Assembly (NCBI GenBank): GCA_030141605.1
Contig: JAQGDQ010000048.1
Span: 620,001 to 684,000 of the forward strand
Length of the DNA: 64,000 nucleotides
Origin: Tubiluchus corallicola
Lineage: Eukaryota > Animalia > Priapulida
Direction: 5' to 3'
Shown here: positions 49,555 to 64,000 of the stretch, one piece after another
How positions within the stretch are numbered: the stretch's first letter is position 1
How the letters are laid out: the number at the start of each line of letters is the position of its first letter
Notes under the pieces: generated by a model
The model's database searches: none
What the model saw: only the letters and a program-made list of their open reading frames with translations
What the model was told of the DNA's origin: nothing
Position numbers and translations under genes: made by a program

Positions 49555-50295
49555 GTTTAAAGTTGTTGTGCATGCATTAGGGAATCTTTTAGAACATTTT
49601 TCTTCCTTTTTACATCGAGACCAACATTTAGAAGTCAAATGACCTTACTTTGTGCAGTAGGTACAAGTGGATACAGGCCTAAATGTTTTACCTTGGTCAA
49701 GTTTTGCAGAAAACTTTCAGTAAAGTTTTGTTTTACTGTTTCTTTCAGAAAAATCTGATTTGATGTCAGATTTATAAAATTTAGCGCCTGGCCTAGTGAG
49801 TCCAATGTTAGTGTTGGTGTGACTTAACTTGTGCGTGAGCGCATAATCATCTGTCATATTGGCTGCTTGACTGAATGTTTTTGTTTTGTGCTCATTTAAA
49901 TGTATCTTGTCAGAGTCTTAAACTCTTCTAATAAGATCAACTATTTATGATAATCAAATTTTTGTGAAGTATTCCTCCTGTCTAATAATTGTTTTTTCTG
50001 TCTTTCAAATTCAGCATGTGTTTGGTCAGTTAGTTTTTTCAGCCCGCGAAGCCGTGGTTTGTAGGCTTCTGGTACTAATTCATAATCTCCCGAAATTGCC
50101 TTTTTAACAGTATCATAATCACTACATTGTAACTGGACGTGGCATTTGACATGGCCGAATATACTTTATTGGCTCTACCAACTACATCACTTTGTATGTA
50201 GAAATAAAGTACAAAAAAATAGTAGCTGCATTTTTTCACAAGCGTTCGGTATATGTAACGAGTGAGAATTACGATGCCTGTCAATGCAGAAATGG

Positions 50296-50623
50296 CGTTG
50301 TATCCAAATGACTCATGTGTCAAGATATCTTTTGTCCAAATGACCTAAATGTCCAAATTGCCTTGTGTCCGAATTACCATGTGTCCATGTGGCCTAAGTT
50401 ACAAAATAGCCTTGTGTCCAAATGACCTGTTTCCAAATCGCTTGTCTCAAAAATTACTTGTGTGTCAAAATAGCCTTGTGTCCGAATTGCCTGTGTCTAA
50501 GTTGAGTGTGTGTCCAAGTCACTTTGTGTCCACATGACCTATGTGTCCAGCGTGCTTTGTGTCCAAATAACGTATGTGTCATGTCTTGTGGCGAATCGTC
50601 CTATATGTAAATGTCTGCCCACC
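50296..50623. repeat. Minisatellite-like array of 15-17 bp units (tgtgtccaaatgacc)
   Basis: Many degenerate tgtcc(a/g)aat(g/t)(a/g)cc units; probably the body of a non-autonomous element. Confidence 0.8.
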
Positions 50624-53600
50624 ATTTCAGAACACCCACACTAAAACACCCACAATGATGGTCTGCATTATTGAAGCTTTACCCTTGCATGACTATACAT
50701 TGTACTTTCCTTGCATTTTCTCGGCATAACTAATGTAATTATGACGTATTCGGTAACTGTGCTTCGGTCACTGATTACTGTTAGGTAGACCTGTGTAATA
50801 GTTATTGATTACACGTAGTCATTTATTAGTGAGCCTGCTGCTATGCTAAATTATGGACTGGGTTGATCCAGGATTAGTTAATTTACATACGGAAGCGGTG
50901 CTCGAATTGAATATATATGGGGGCATACGCCAAATATTGTAAAAAAATAAATGCAGATGTGTGACTAGTTTCACATGACATATAATAAGTAAAAAATTGA
51001 GTGCGAATAGAACACGCGTTAAGACTCTACTGTGTGTAGCCATCAAAATTATCACTTTTATTACAAGGCACCGCACCGCATGCAGAGAAGTATGTTTGAA
51101 GTTTGTAACTAGGCGGGTAGGCCCGCGAAAATTCAAAAAGTTGCTTCCTGAGTTTCAAGTGCGGAAAATGAACCTTCAGAGGTAGTTTCAGATGCGGATC
51201 AAATGCGGATCCAATGTTTATTGCCGACAAGCCAAACGTCAGACGCTAAGATAGTTTTGTCGCAGGGCTGTGTGAGAAATGAAGTTACAAATTAATAAGA
51301 AAACGCAAATGGTAAATGGGTGGCAATAATCAGTCCCACAAAACTCACCAATTTGTTCAGAATAGATTTAAAGATTTTTAGATTTAGATAACAAACTGTT
51401 ATTATTGTTGACAAAAATTGAAATAAAAAGAGTAATGAAACAAGTAGAATTGTGAAAAACTGTTTTAAGCTGTATAGTTTACTTTGTTAAAATTTTACAG
51501 TTTGAGCACTATGCTCAAGCTGCTGCGTCTGAGTCTTGTGACTCGTATCTGAAATCATGGTCATAGTCTAGAAATCAGTTTTATGTTTTTTGGTTGGTTT
51601 AGAAAGATTCGTCTAGAAACACAACATTAACAAAGCAAAATTGAAACCAATTTGTTTTTCAGTTTGGTTAGTGCATACCTAGTAAGTAACAGTACTACCT
51701 GGAAAATGCGAGTTCCTTAAAATATGACCACTACTTGGAATGTTTGTGCATCATTGACTGGGTTGAGCGAGTGGCTGTCAACGAGTAAGAGTTTGTGAGA
51801 CTGAGCAAGGGAGGTATGGCTTGAAAAAAGCAGGTTTGAAATGTTGTCCACAAACACGGGACTCTTGCCTTAGTAAATTGACCATTACATCCTAGTACGC
51901 ACACCTATTAGGCGTACAGTTATTTTGCAAACGTCAAGTGATAAATTAAGTATATCATTACAAATAAACAAAATGTTAGTTATCTGTTATGCAGTTTAGA
52001 TATTCTGTTAGATAAGCTAAGTACTTATCTCACTTAAGGCGTCAAATACATATATAATACAGAAACTTACTTCATTCATTTATTTTATGGTCGAATAACA
52101 TAAACAATTTCAGTTCGCTTTCAGAAGACAAGCAAAGCATAATGCCTCATTGGTGCATGTCATCAGTGGTTTATTCTGATAAAACTGAACAACTATGACT
52201 GCCGATCAGTCACAACGCTTTTTTACTATTTGCTAAGACAAATTCTTTTCTTCAATTTGTTTTCTATTTTTCATGGCCCATATAAACTGTGGTAGTGTTA
52301 TCGGGGCCATCCTCATTTAAAACACCTTTGTTTGATCATTTACTGGCTCTTTTTACACAGCTTCTGCTACTTTTAGAAGACAGAGGTTGCAGTCCAATGT
52401 TCTCAGAGCAACAGTAATAGCTGAGTGGTTCTTGACGCTAAGTTAACCAGTACTGGCCTGGCTAGTAAGTAAATGGGTGACAACCAAGAAAGCTCTGGGT
52501 GGGTGCGTCTGCCATCCCACAGCATTTTTCTAGTTTGGGGGGATGTATTGGCATCCGAACATGGATAAGACACGTCTGTCAGTTCAGTGTTTTATTTTAG
52601 GTAATTATTCTTGATAAATACACGATTCTAGTCCCTCATAACCAAACAAATTTCTTTGGTTTGCTTCCTGCCTTACAAATTGCTGAGTCAACTTCACGAC
52701 TAGATTGACCATTTCTGCATATTGGGTACAGCGCTTATTTATTGTGCAGTGCGTATGCTAGAAACAGGCATAGCAAAGTTATCTTTTAAGTAGGAATGCC
52801 TTTGAATATGTAACATTAAAATAGCCAATGGAACTGAGCTTCCGAGGTAATAAATCTTTAAACTAAATCATTTATAAATAACAATGCTTGAGCTTAAGTT
52901 CGTCATTTGTTTTCAAACTATGGTATAATGTTGGTCATTGTTTTCCTTTAAAATGGGGAAAAATATAGATGTCGTGCATGATTTATCATGCAATTTTTCG
53001 ATTGTGTGCTCATTTGTGAGCTCTGCTACGTTTGAGTGGTTCGCAGATATATGCTATTTTTCTCAATTCTGGCATTTTATAAGAATCGTGAGACGTTTGG
53101 CATTCAATTTAATGGTTGTTTCATTTTTGCAAGTGCGCGCTGTAAGGTAGTATGTTAATTATTAAACATCTGTTGCTGTCATATGACCCACAGTAACTGT
53201 AGTGACGTGCTGTGACTTGCCTTTTGTCGCAACATGGGAGTAATGGTATTGGTGACTTCATCACGTTTACTTGATGTGATGGCTGAAATGTAAATCTGAT
53301 GGTTTGATACAAAAAACGGCTTTACAGAAGCTGGGCCAGTCAAAAGGCCGTTTTAATTCTTCGTGTCAGCAAACTAGATAGCCATGTGTGTCGGAAATGG
53401 CTTTCCGATTATGATTAATGGTTTAACTTTGCTGTAACTTAGGATGGTATTGCGAACGTAAATGTAATGACAGGTTTAGCTAGAATAATTTAAAGCCATG
53501 CTCGAATAACATGCTTGCTATTTCTGTATGATAATGTTACAAGCCATTAACTTCGTAATTAGTCACAAAGTGGGTCTTGATTCTTGAATTCTTGCCAAAC

Positions 53601-54049
53601 TAGATTTTCTATGTTAGGACTACATAAGCTTAGTCAGTGAGAATGAGGGAGTTCCTACCTGAAAACTGTTATTATGGGATACAGGGCATATATATGTTTT
53701 CCCACTTGTATGTGCGCAGTAGGTAGTTACAGTAAACATGTAAAATGGTAGCGTTTAGATTATATAAACAGAAATGTTATTTACAGTTAAAACTTTGATT
53801 AAAACTTTAATTTAAAACTTTAAAACTTTGATATTTTGTACTAACTTGTACTGTGACGCCTAAAAAATTTGTTGTCGTCCGTCGGCATCATTTAAAAACC
53901 AGTAAAATTAGGAAAACTTCTCGACGATGTGTGAAATTTGAAAGTGCAGTCTCGTAGTGTGCGCACAGAACGTTAATCCATCCACAACTAAAAAGAAATG
54001 GCCGAATAGTCAGACACTCGGGACTAGCTGGGTAGTTGTTATGAGACAC

Positions 54050-54172
54050 TCACAATAGTATTGTTAAAATTTACTAGTTAGGGTTCCACAGTGTTGCGAG
54101 AATATTAAAAATCACAATAGTATTGGTAAAATTTACTTGCCAGGGTTTCTACAGTCATGCGAGAATATTAAA
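54050..54172. repeat. Tandem duplication (~62 bp x2)
   Basis: tcacaatagtattg.taaaatttact.g..agggtt...acagt..tgcgagaatattaaaa occurs twice. Confidence 0.85.
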
Positions 54173-57100
54173 ATAAGTCTTTAGTTAAACATATAATGAA
54201 ATCAAAGATATTGCTAGTGATTCCTGGCGTTATTAGTTTGAACAGTGAAGGTACGTTTGGAGTCGCAGCAAATAAGGAACGAATCATGCTATTTCTACCC
54301 TGTATACTTCCAATGTTGAAACCATATATAATAAGGGTCTAAGATATTGATTTTTATACATATTGCCTCAACCAAGACCCGTGGCGCTTGTGGCCAGCAA
54401 AGTTGAAAATATCCCAAGCCTACTGGGAGGTTATACTTAGATATGTTTCAGTGCTCATGAAAAATGTTAGCAGGATTTAGTAATAAAAGTGTGATAAACG
54501 TCTAGTGTAATTAGTAAAATCAATTTAAAGTCGCAATCATTTCATGGTTGGGCGTTCCCATTTTGAACGCCAATTCTTTCACCAATGACGTCATTCATTG
54601 GCTGAAGAAAAGCAGCCAACTGTCAGTTTCTGTCAAAAGTATAAAAAGTTTTTACATAAATAGATAGCTAATTTTGTGATATTTTTGCATGAACGTTAGG
54701 TAAGCTGGAGAAGTTTGAATTAGACGTGCGCTTACGGAAAGCCACGAATCCTTTACGAAAAGTCACGGAAGTCCGCCAGTGACGTCGTAATATTTAAGTG
54801 AATGGCGGCTACCACCGCGTCAGAAAATTTCTATATAGCGGTAACACAAATTAATTTTATGCTTTATAGACAGTTTCTATGAAAATTTTTTTGCTATATT
54901 TGTTTAAGTTTAAGTGATAATTGTAAAATAAACCTAACATGCTAAATGACTTGTCCCTTTTATAAAGAAAATTCTGTTACAGGATGAATGCATTCTGTCG
55001 AAAGAAGCTACTTTGAATTGAATAAGGTTGTAGCTAATATTTTCTGGTAAATGATTCCCCAGATAAGGGGTCCAAGAAAAAACTATATTATTAACCGGGT
55101 GTCTTGTATCAAGGAATGTCCATGGTAAAAGTGAGAGTAACTTTAACAGAACGAGTACTCAAGTACTCAAAGCAGAAACATGCCGAGAGCACCTTCCTTA
55201 AAAGCAGCAATAAATGGACTTAATGTATGACCTTCAATGAAAAGATCGCAGTACTGAGTCGTATAAACGTAAGACCTGAGTGGATTGACCATACGATTTT
55301 GCAATCTCTTAAGAGTATAAGGGCCAAGGTAAGACATTAAGGCAGCTGAAGCAGTTTGCGTGTGACTGTAGTACTTCTTGCAAGGTTGTTCCGATAGTGG
55401 ATTTGTTTTGCTTGGGACTATTGACATATTTCTCTGTGGGAAGTTAAAAACAGTGGGCAGCGGACTAGATGAAAATTGACGAATTCAGCCCAGATATTGT
55501 TAAAGAGATCCAGTGCTTTTAAACCGGCTTTGAGGGCTTACCACCTGAGCAGCTACTAATTACTTTAATAAGGTTGATTTCATCGTCTGCTAAACACCGT
55601 TTTTTATAATGATTTTCATCCATAACAAGATCAATATTGCCTTATTAACGGTGCTTTATGAACTTTGCCCGTATTAGGCATTCTGTTGCTACTCCTTGGT
55701 TGGACATAACAAACCAGCCAAGCTTCCCGAGGGAGTGCATCAGAGAGAAGAATATATCTAATTATAAGCTTTTTTTCCGATTGAAAGCTTTGAGCTGTTG
55801 CAAACACCTCATAGCGTTATGGAAGTTATATTAGCATGACCTTTGCGTCGCTACATGAACTTAGTTTTCGAAATGATGATGTCACTTGTTGCTGCAGCAA
55901 CGAACAACATTTTGCTTCAACAGCCAAAAGCTGACTTGCTTCGTCTACACTCCGAATAATACTTCGACCTGAGCGCTACACTGCAGATCAAAATTAGGTT
56001 TACGGTTTAAAAATTATTTCAAGTTTGACCACTAAAAACAGGAAACGTTGAAGCGACCTTGACCTAATAGTCTGACATGATTTGTCAAAAGATGTACTTT
56101 TTCGCATGTCCGCGCCAAAATTGCTTGTAAAAGAGTAATTGTCCGAATCTGCCATTATTGATCTTGACGGTTACAAAATGTTCATCTTCACTTCACAAGG
56201 CCTTCAAAAGCATAATCTTTAGTCAGAGCTATATTATGTGGTGTTATAATTATAAGATAACGTAAGTATTGTTATCTCAGTAAGACTCCCTGCTCTTTGA
56301 AGCCTGCGGCATGAAAGTAAATGAACCGGTACGGCTTCCGCAAAGCGAATAGGGCTATAATGTAAGATTGCTTCATGCAGTGTCAGCTTGCGTCCAAAAA
56401 TTCACCTATCCAATGAATTTGTAATAAGCCTAGCTCAAAGAGCATGATCATTAAGATTGTCACATCGGAAAAAAAACATCTGTTGCCTGACCTTCCTTTG
56501 CCAAACAGATTTTAAAAACACATTGAAGATTCGAAGCAGCTGGGTTGACTCGAGCCAACAGCATATTGCGTTGCTTTTAGCGTCTCTGGCTCATGCTTTT
56601 CAGATGCTCAAGCATTCGACACATCGAGATCTGATTCACTAATAGCTAAGCAATTTATGCATAAAGATAGTAATGTAATACAAGCGCTGCGTGTGTATCA
56701 AAATCCTTATACTTGGTGCAGACAGATCAGCTATTGGCTAGAGATACTCTGTTAATAACAATCATGAATTGCCACCTGGGATTTGATGAAGGCATTTAAT
56801 CCGAGATTAACATTTCGCCGTGACTATTGCTTTACTCATATGTGACGTTGAATACTCAAAGAAAGCATTTTAGTAAACTCCGAACTTCTGTTTACACCAA
56901 TATTAATTAAAATTACTTTACGACATATAATCAAGTGCATAATCGTCGTCTACACATGCAATTACAATTCATTCACGAACATGAGAAATAAAAATCAGTA
57001 ACAACCGCATTTGTTATATGTATATATAAGAGAAAGGAGCGAATGATGAAGCTGTTTTTGGAATGATTTGGGGCTCATAATCTAGTTATGTAACATGATT

Positions 57101-60100
57101 TACACTACTAGACAAAACTACTAGACACCTAGACAATTGTGGGTGTTTAGGTCATGGGCACAGAGTGAATGCTGAATTTACATGCAAGTTGATGCAACCA
57201 ACTGTGCGGGCAAATTATGCATGACCGGCCACTTATCCCAACCATAATTTAATTAAGTTTCTTTTGGATTTTATAGTTTTAATCCATTACCTATTAATAG
57301 CATACGTCATAGTTCTACTATTCACAAATTCGTACGAAGCTTACATTCACTCGTAGTCGGATATCTAGTAACTAGATTAACGTATAGTCAAAGAAAGGAA
57401 CTGCGATTGAATCTTATTAAAATACCCATTGGTTTTATAGCTCTGTCATGTGCGATTCGACCACTTGCTATATAGCCTTGAATCTCATAAACGCACACAT
57501 TGCGTTTTCAAAACTTTTAGACTGTTTCTTTGCTTGTCTATGATTACGTGTTACATTAAACTAATTATCTTCCATTATTTTTACTGGTTATACTTCTTAC
57601 TAACTACTTTCTCCCGTCATCGAGCTCATGAATAAACTCCGTACATGTGATGCAATGGATAATACCTGGGTTCAACCATTGAGTTCCGTAAATTGATGTA
57701 ATTGTTAAGGCAAGTATTCAACTATTAAATAGCTATAATTATTGCGAATGTCAAGAGGCAACCAGAAATTTGCAGTCGCTTTGTATTATACCATTTGCAG
57801 TTGGTAATTTTGTTAGTATTGACTGTCTGATGGCTTCTATTCGTTTTCAACAGTACGTATGTTTACTGTGGATCATATCTTCTATCATTAATTGTTTCAC
57901 TATTGAACAGGTTGTCACGCAAACCTGTATAGAAATAAACGATAGATTCTCTTTTTATCTGAGACTGTAGCTTAGCTTAGCGTGTAGCTTTGAGAAGAGG
58001 GCATATTAATAATGTGCTGCATATTGTATAATTCGCGAACTTATGAAAATGCGGGCTGCCTGTGAGTCACCATTTATTTTATTTCTGGTTTAATTTCCAT
58101 AAACCGCAAAGCGTGTGAGTCAGTCCTTTTGCTCACAGGTTTCAATAATGTATGATACTGAAGCAGCCTTACGTTGATTTCGCCATGTGCAAACCGCCAT
58201 TTAAGTTTTAATTTATGTTTTGGTTTGCTTAATTCCTTAATGAAAACCAATAACACTGTATGTATCTAATTTTAATTAACATTTTAAAGGATTCTTGCAC
58301 AAATTTCGGCACGCTTAACTGTAAAAATCTGAGTATCGTAAATAACGAAAAATGAATTGTGATTCCAATTAGAACTTTTCAGTCCTGATTTCCTTATTTT
58401 CGCACATCCAAGCAGGTAGATATTTACAAGTGTTTTGATAATGTATGCATTTTTAAATGATAAGAATTAATTTAATTGCGTACTAAAGCTTTTTATGCAG
58501 GTCGGCTCTTTACAAATAATGATCCAGTATCCATCGATACGGCGCTGGTGGCGGAACTGGAACGTAATTAATTGTAAATGACAATCTCTAAGATGTACCA
58601 GAGACAACAGATAGAGGTGTATTATACACGCTAAGATGTATGACGGGATGTATGTTGAAGTTTCAAGATCCGATTCCATATCAGAGCCAACAATGTTAAT
58701 GATTCGTTCCTGTATATCTGTTCAAATGTAGTAATTAAATGAAGTAAATGTAGTTAAATGAAGTAAGATGTCAGCACTTAGGAGCATTTACCTTTATATG
58801 ATAGCAATAACTCATACAGAAAACGGACAGAAAGACTTAAACTTTTAATTATATTAATACGTTTTAAAAGTAAATTAGGGTAAATTGCATGTGGAATAGA
58901 TATGAATGTACTCTATCACACCTACTTTGTAATTCAAAGTAGCTGGTTCAAATCCAAGCTCACTTCAGACTTTCCACATGTCTCTCCTACGGTAAAGTTT
59001 AATTTTAAAAATTCAGTAAATCTGGGTTTATTTCGTCACGCCAGCGTATAACGTAATCTGATAAATATTCTACTATTTTGTTCGCCTATTTTTTATTTAT
59101 ACTAAGTTTATCTATTTAGTTTTTGTTTACGTTATTTATATTCCTCACCGAAGTTCATTATTATAAACATTAATTAGGTATACTATTCACATATGCATAT
59201 GCATATAATATTATTCAAACATTCACATATTTATTTATTTATATTCATGTATGTAAATGTATGTTGGGTGGTGGGGAAAATGCGCAAAAGTTTAGACTAC
59301 AATAATTTTAAAATCAAGTAGTGTACCGTACAAAGTTGACATTTCAGAGCATGATATTACAATATATTAACTTTTGGCTGTGAAAGCTACAAATTTTAGT
59401 AGTCTTAAGTTATTGGGTGGGGGGGGGGGAACTATTTCATGTTAAAAAATAAATGCCAGAACAATGTCAGCTAATCATCCGTTGAAAAACATCAATACAG
59501 GACAGCAAAGCAATTAAGAAGTGAACATTTGTTGTCAAGAAAAAATGGGACTTAATCTTCCGAACTATCGTGTCTGGAATTTCCTTGAAGAGGTATATGA
59601 TTGAGTCGACGGCTGCACAAAGGCTGATGCAGAGGAATCGAATATTTTTTAGAAATTTTCAGAAATTTTCGAGCGCAGGGACTAAACACCCCTTGAAGAG
59701 TGAGAAACTGCAAATCGACTTTTGGAAGAAACACCTTCGTCTAGTTTGCATTGAAAATGGAAGACTCATAGCGCATTTGCTGTAAAATTTAACAATTACA
59801 ACATACAACATTTTTCCGACATTTATTTTTTATTTGTTAACTTATGTATCTCTCGAAAAATCTGAGGAAATGACCTAAAAATTTGGTGTTTTATACAAAA
59901 GCGACTGTAATGTCGGCGTGGTATTTTTCAAGCGACCCCGTTATTTTCTTTTAGTAGGGCTGTATCGTAATCAAAATTTCGACACATTTTTTGCTGCACC
60001 CGACATGCATATACTGTAACTATATATATATATATATAATTTTCTATATAAAGTTTACCCATATTGACGTTTACTAAAACTAAGCGTTGCTAAGTTTTAT

Positions 60101-63100
60101 AAAATATAGAGTACTTAAACCCAAAGGCATGTTTTTATGTCACAACACATTACTACATATTCCCCCATCCAAGACCATTAAGTGCAAGCTTCAAGGGCGG
60201 ATGTTTGCAGCTGCTCAGCTATTAAACTACTTACCGGAATTTTTCTCTTTGGTCTTTTGTTTGAAATTAACAATCGAACATGTCGTTATGAAGTTTAAAA
60301 CACTATCTTCTTACTTCACAACACTTTACAATACGACTGCGTTTTTCTGCAGAATTCTGAACACATTTTCAGCGACTACTGTAAAGAGGCAGTGAGTGTG
60401 AAAGAGCAGAGAGAAACTGTGCTTGACAGCCTAGCTACGCTTTATCACAATCAATATGATTATAGCTGCGCATCAGATATCGCCGACTCCATGGATCATC
60501 CTTGATAGCCTGTTGTACCACTAAGCTTCACCGGTGAGGTGGAAAGAAGCAGCATTCCCTTGTTTGGGGTTTGGTGGCTGGGTGGTCACGGTATGTGCTT
60601 GGTTGCGAAGTTTGCCAAAGCCAGGCTTGCACATTAAATAGATGATTGACCAATGGAAAAGTTTTTAAGGCAGTTTTATCTATCATGCTACTGTTGTCGA
60701 CGGAGGACGTGTAGGCGTCCGAATGTAGCTAACAAACCCGTCACATATTAGAGGATTATCATTGGTAATGAGGTAGATTTCAGTCGTGTCACAACCATTC
60801 AGCATTTGCAGTAAAGTTAGTCTTTGAATGCTGGATTTTGCTCGGAAAAAAGGATATACTTATTCCTCGCTGGTAATCAGCGCTAGTTATGATTTAGCGT
60901 AATGACTATGATACTGTGAGGAAAAGAGAGCAGCATTACAGGTTTCATTTGGGAAGAAGAGTTAATAAAAAGTGAACAACAGGCTTCATTTGGAAAGAAG
61001 AGTAAACACGAGCATAGCAGCTGGCGTCATTGGGTAAAATAAGGTAATAAGAGCTCAAGAATGCACTTCACTTGAGAAAAATAGTAAGCAAGCTCTCAAC
61101 AACAAGTTTCTTGATTAAAAAGAGCAAAAAGAGCAATACATGACTTGTATATAGCGACAACACTGAAAATGTGAAAAAAAACTCGCATTTTGCTCAATAT
61201 CTTGGGGTTGGGGTTATTTCTTTTTTTTCTGTAACTTTTCCCTGTGACTTTTCTGTGACTTTTTTTACCTGGATTCAATAAAAATGTATTGATAAAATTA
61301 CTAACAACGCACATGGTACTTTTATTAGCCTGCACATGGTATTTTTATTAGCCTGACTTTTATGCTCTTCTTAGTCTTTATATTAAAACAGTACATTCAA
61401 TGAGCTGAAAATATTGGTACAAGATTTGTAACAAAATAGCATTACTACAAATTTTTATTTCGGGGTATTGATAATGTACTAGCTCACTTTGAAGCCATAT
61501 AGAAAAAAATCCTTTCTTTTTATTTAAATGAAATGTTCTTTGCTAGTGTTCGTCTCTGAAGTCTGAATGTTCACTCAGATGAGGTTTTAGGGCATGCTTT
61601 TGAAGATTTTCTAGTTAAAAGTTATTTGAACTTGTTAATTTCAGCTTGCAATTTCGCCAAGAACCAACCGCAACATCATTTTTTGGTATTCGCTAAAGTA
61701 AATGATGTGGTAGGATGATATTAAATGGGTTGGTCCTGCTACATAGCAAACACAACAATAAAGTTTATTTTATGAAAGAAAACTTGTAATTGAGAAAAAC
61801 TAATATGTGCATGTTTCACACCAGATAAAAGCAACAAAAAACACTGACTGACTGACTGCACGCAATAAAAAACTTCAGAACTCGGTAACAAGTTTTGTTT
61901 TGAAAACAAGGAAAGAAAACAAGGAAAAACCTTGTGATTAACAGTACAACTTCTTTTAAAAGTGGTAAATTGGTGTGAGAAAAATGACACTTTATAAAAG
62001 CTCTCAAAAACTGGCTTCGTGGGAAAAAAATGTAGCAGTAGCATTGAGAAAAAATTCTTAGCATCGATATTCGTCATATGACTAAGGAGTGGAATCTTTT
62101 GTAAGAGGATCTCTTTGCTCCCTCTCAGCTGGTTTCCGATTTATGCGTTTTTGTGACATTTTCTCGTATTTCTGTTTCGACTGCGTCTTAAGTTTAGCAT
62201 ATTCCTAAGAACCAGAATGTTATTTTCTCTACAGCTGTTTTTCTGTGTCACATTAATTGGACAAGCATTGTATTTTCCCATTTATATTTTTATGTTTGTC
62301 TTTCGTCATTGAAAGCTTACTACGATCTGACTTTATTCACTGAGACGTTTGTAGAGCGGTGAACCAAAAAGTTTCAAGATTTCCTGTTACGTTTATATCC
62401 CTAGCATAGATAACGCGCCGGAAACCTATTTTCTTTTCCTGTTCTGAGAAAATTATAGTCCTTCACGTGGTAAGCATCTGGTTCCTGTAACAGTTTTACT
62501 AGAAGTTTACGTAATAACGCTTACGTGAATTAGTGAAAGTATTTTTGATGTCTCAACGGTCTTGTAACGAATTTTACGAGTTTAATTAAATAATTTAATT
62601 AAGTTTAGTCCGTTTCCCACCTGTTTGTTTAATAGTCAGGCAAAAATATCATGAGAATCTATTAGCCGTAGTGAGCGCCTTTCATGGAACAATAATTTTT
62701 CCTGTACTTTGCGAGATCGTCATAGTGTCCTAGGAATCTAGGACTAAGTCTACGCTTGGTAGTCGAAGCGTTACCTTTTCGTGTAACAAAAATGCAAAAA
62801 TTTAATGTGTGATTTACCATTATATTTTTAAAATGTCAGATCATATTAACGACATGCCAATCGGTTTATTTATGTGCTTTTACAAAAACACCACAGGTGT
62901 TGTAATACCACTTGTTTTTTTTTAGGATGATAGCTTTTAAGTAGGCTTCATTGTGCTGCGCTTATATCAGTTTTCTCCGCACTTAAAGTTTATTGCAGTA
63001 CATATCGTCAGTGACTCATAATTGAAACAGCAAATAAGCGTCAGTAGTATTTCTTAATGAGTAGTTTATTGACAGCGTTAACAAAATCCGAATTAATGCA

Positions 63101-64000
63101 CTCTCCAGCAGCAAAAACTATTTATTCTTCTACGATTGGTCATACATTGTCCTAGGTTATTGATTACGTTTACTCATCCTAGTTATCTATTATTGAGGCG
63201 CCTCTTGGGCTCTGATACTATCACTGATTGCACATAAGTAAACCTAGTGCTATTTGAAACGGCGTTATTAGTATTTAATTGGAAGTCTGGCCAAATAGTC
63301 TGGGAAAGTAGGCATATATAGAGAAAGCGATTGATTTAGAAAGCTAAATATTGCATTTGTGAAATCAGTCATTAATGTAGACCTGTCATAGGTATGCATA
63401 TATTATATATATATATATATGTGAGATCAATCATGAATGTATATATATATATTGTATTCATGAGAAGGAAGTTTGGTAGGTATATGATCGATTACCTTGT
63501 TTTTAAATACAAAACTAATGTATTGAACATTTTCATCAGGTGTAATGGTACCAACGAAGAGACTAAATAATATTCCATTAAATAATAAATACATAATGTA
63601 ATACACTGTATATAATATATTTAATGATGCAATCGAAGCCTTTTAATCAGGTCTAATCACCGTGGCAGTTTATCCGTTAATTTTACTCTGAACTAAGTCT
63701 AATTTTCCATTTAACTGAAAGTGAATGTGACTATTAATAACACATAAACGTCTGTGTGTCAGTTTGTCATCCACAGACGAGTTGCACCAGTGTTACCCAT
63801 AGAGTCTATTAATAAAGCAAGATTGCAATACTGATTCAAGTGCAGAGTCATTTAATGACACGTAATACACCCTTCATAGCCAAGCTTTTAAACCAAAATG
63901 ACCATCAGATTTTTCGTGATGAAAAAACAGCAAAAAATTCTTTGACAGTAACTCCGTTTTCATTACGCCCTATTAGCTATTAAGTTTCCCCCATCGTGGT

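Noticed and set aside
50296-50623. Short repeat array considered as CRISPR-like
   Set aside because: Eukaryotic context, degenerate adjacent units without unique spacers, no cas genes.
55167-55520. Minus-strand ORF with faint resemblance to non-LTR RT (LDLFNNIW...RMVN)
   Set aside because: Similarity too weak to assign without a search; not supportable as a gene or viral insert.

Overview
Animal (probably protostome invertebrate) genomic DNA, AT-rich and intron-rich; not prokaryotic. The + strand carries 19 consecutive, phase-consistent GT-AG exons (765-25411) of an axonemal inner-arm dynein heavy chain most like DNAH1, running from the tail/linker through AAA1 to the AAA2 Walker A. I found no further dynein exon in the remaining ~38.5 kb. 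That interval holds an opposite-strand class A neuropeptide GPCR with a single coding exon, resembling the CNMamide receptor (34737-33640). The most notable signal is at the receptor's stop: UGA in a CAA-CCA (CARYYA) readthrough context, followed by 92 open in-frame codons. Its start codon is also overlapped (AUGA) by the stop of a 22-codon uORF. Introns contain many decayed transposons: an inverted Penelope-like repeat with a minimal hammerhead ribozyme, MITEs, a ~2 kb foldback element, CR1/L2 LINE and Gypsy fragments, and 5S-like SINE heads. Family assignments come from recalled motifs, not from database searches.
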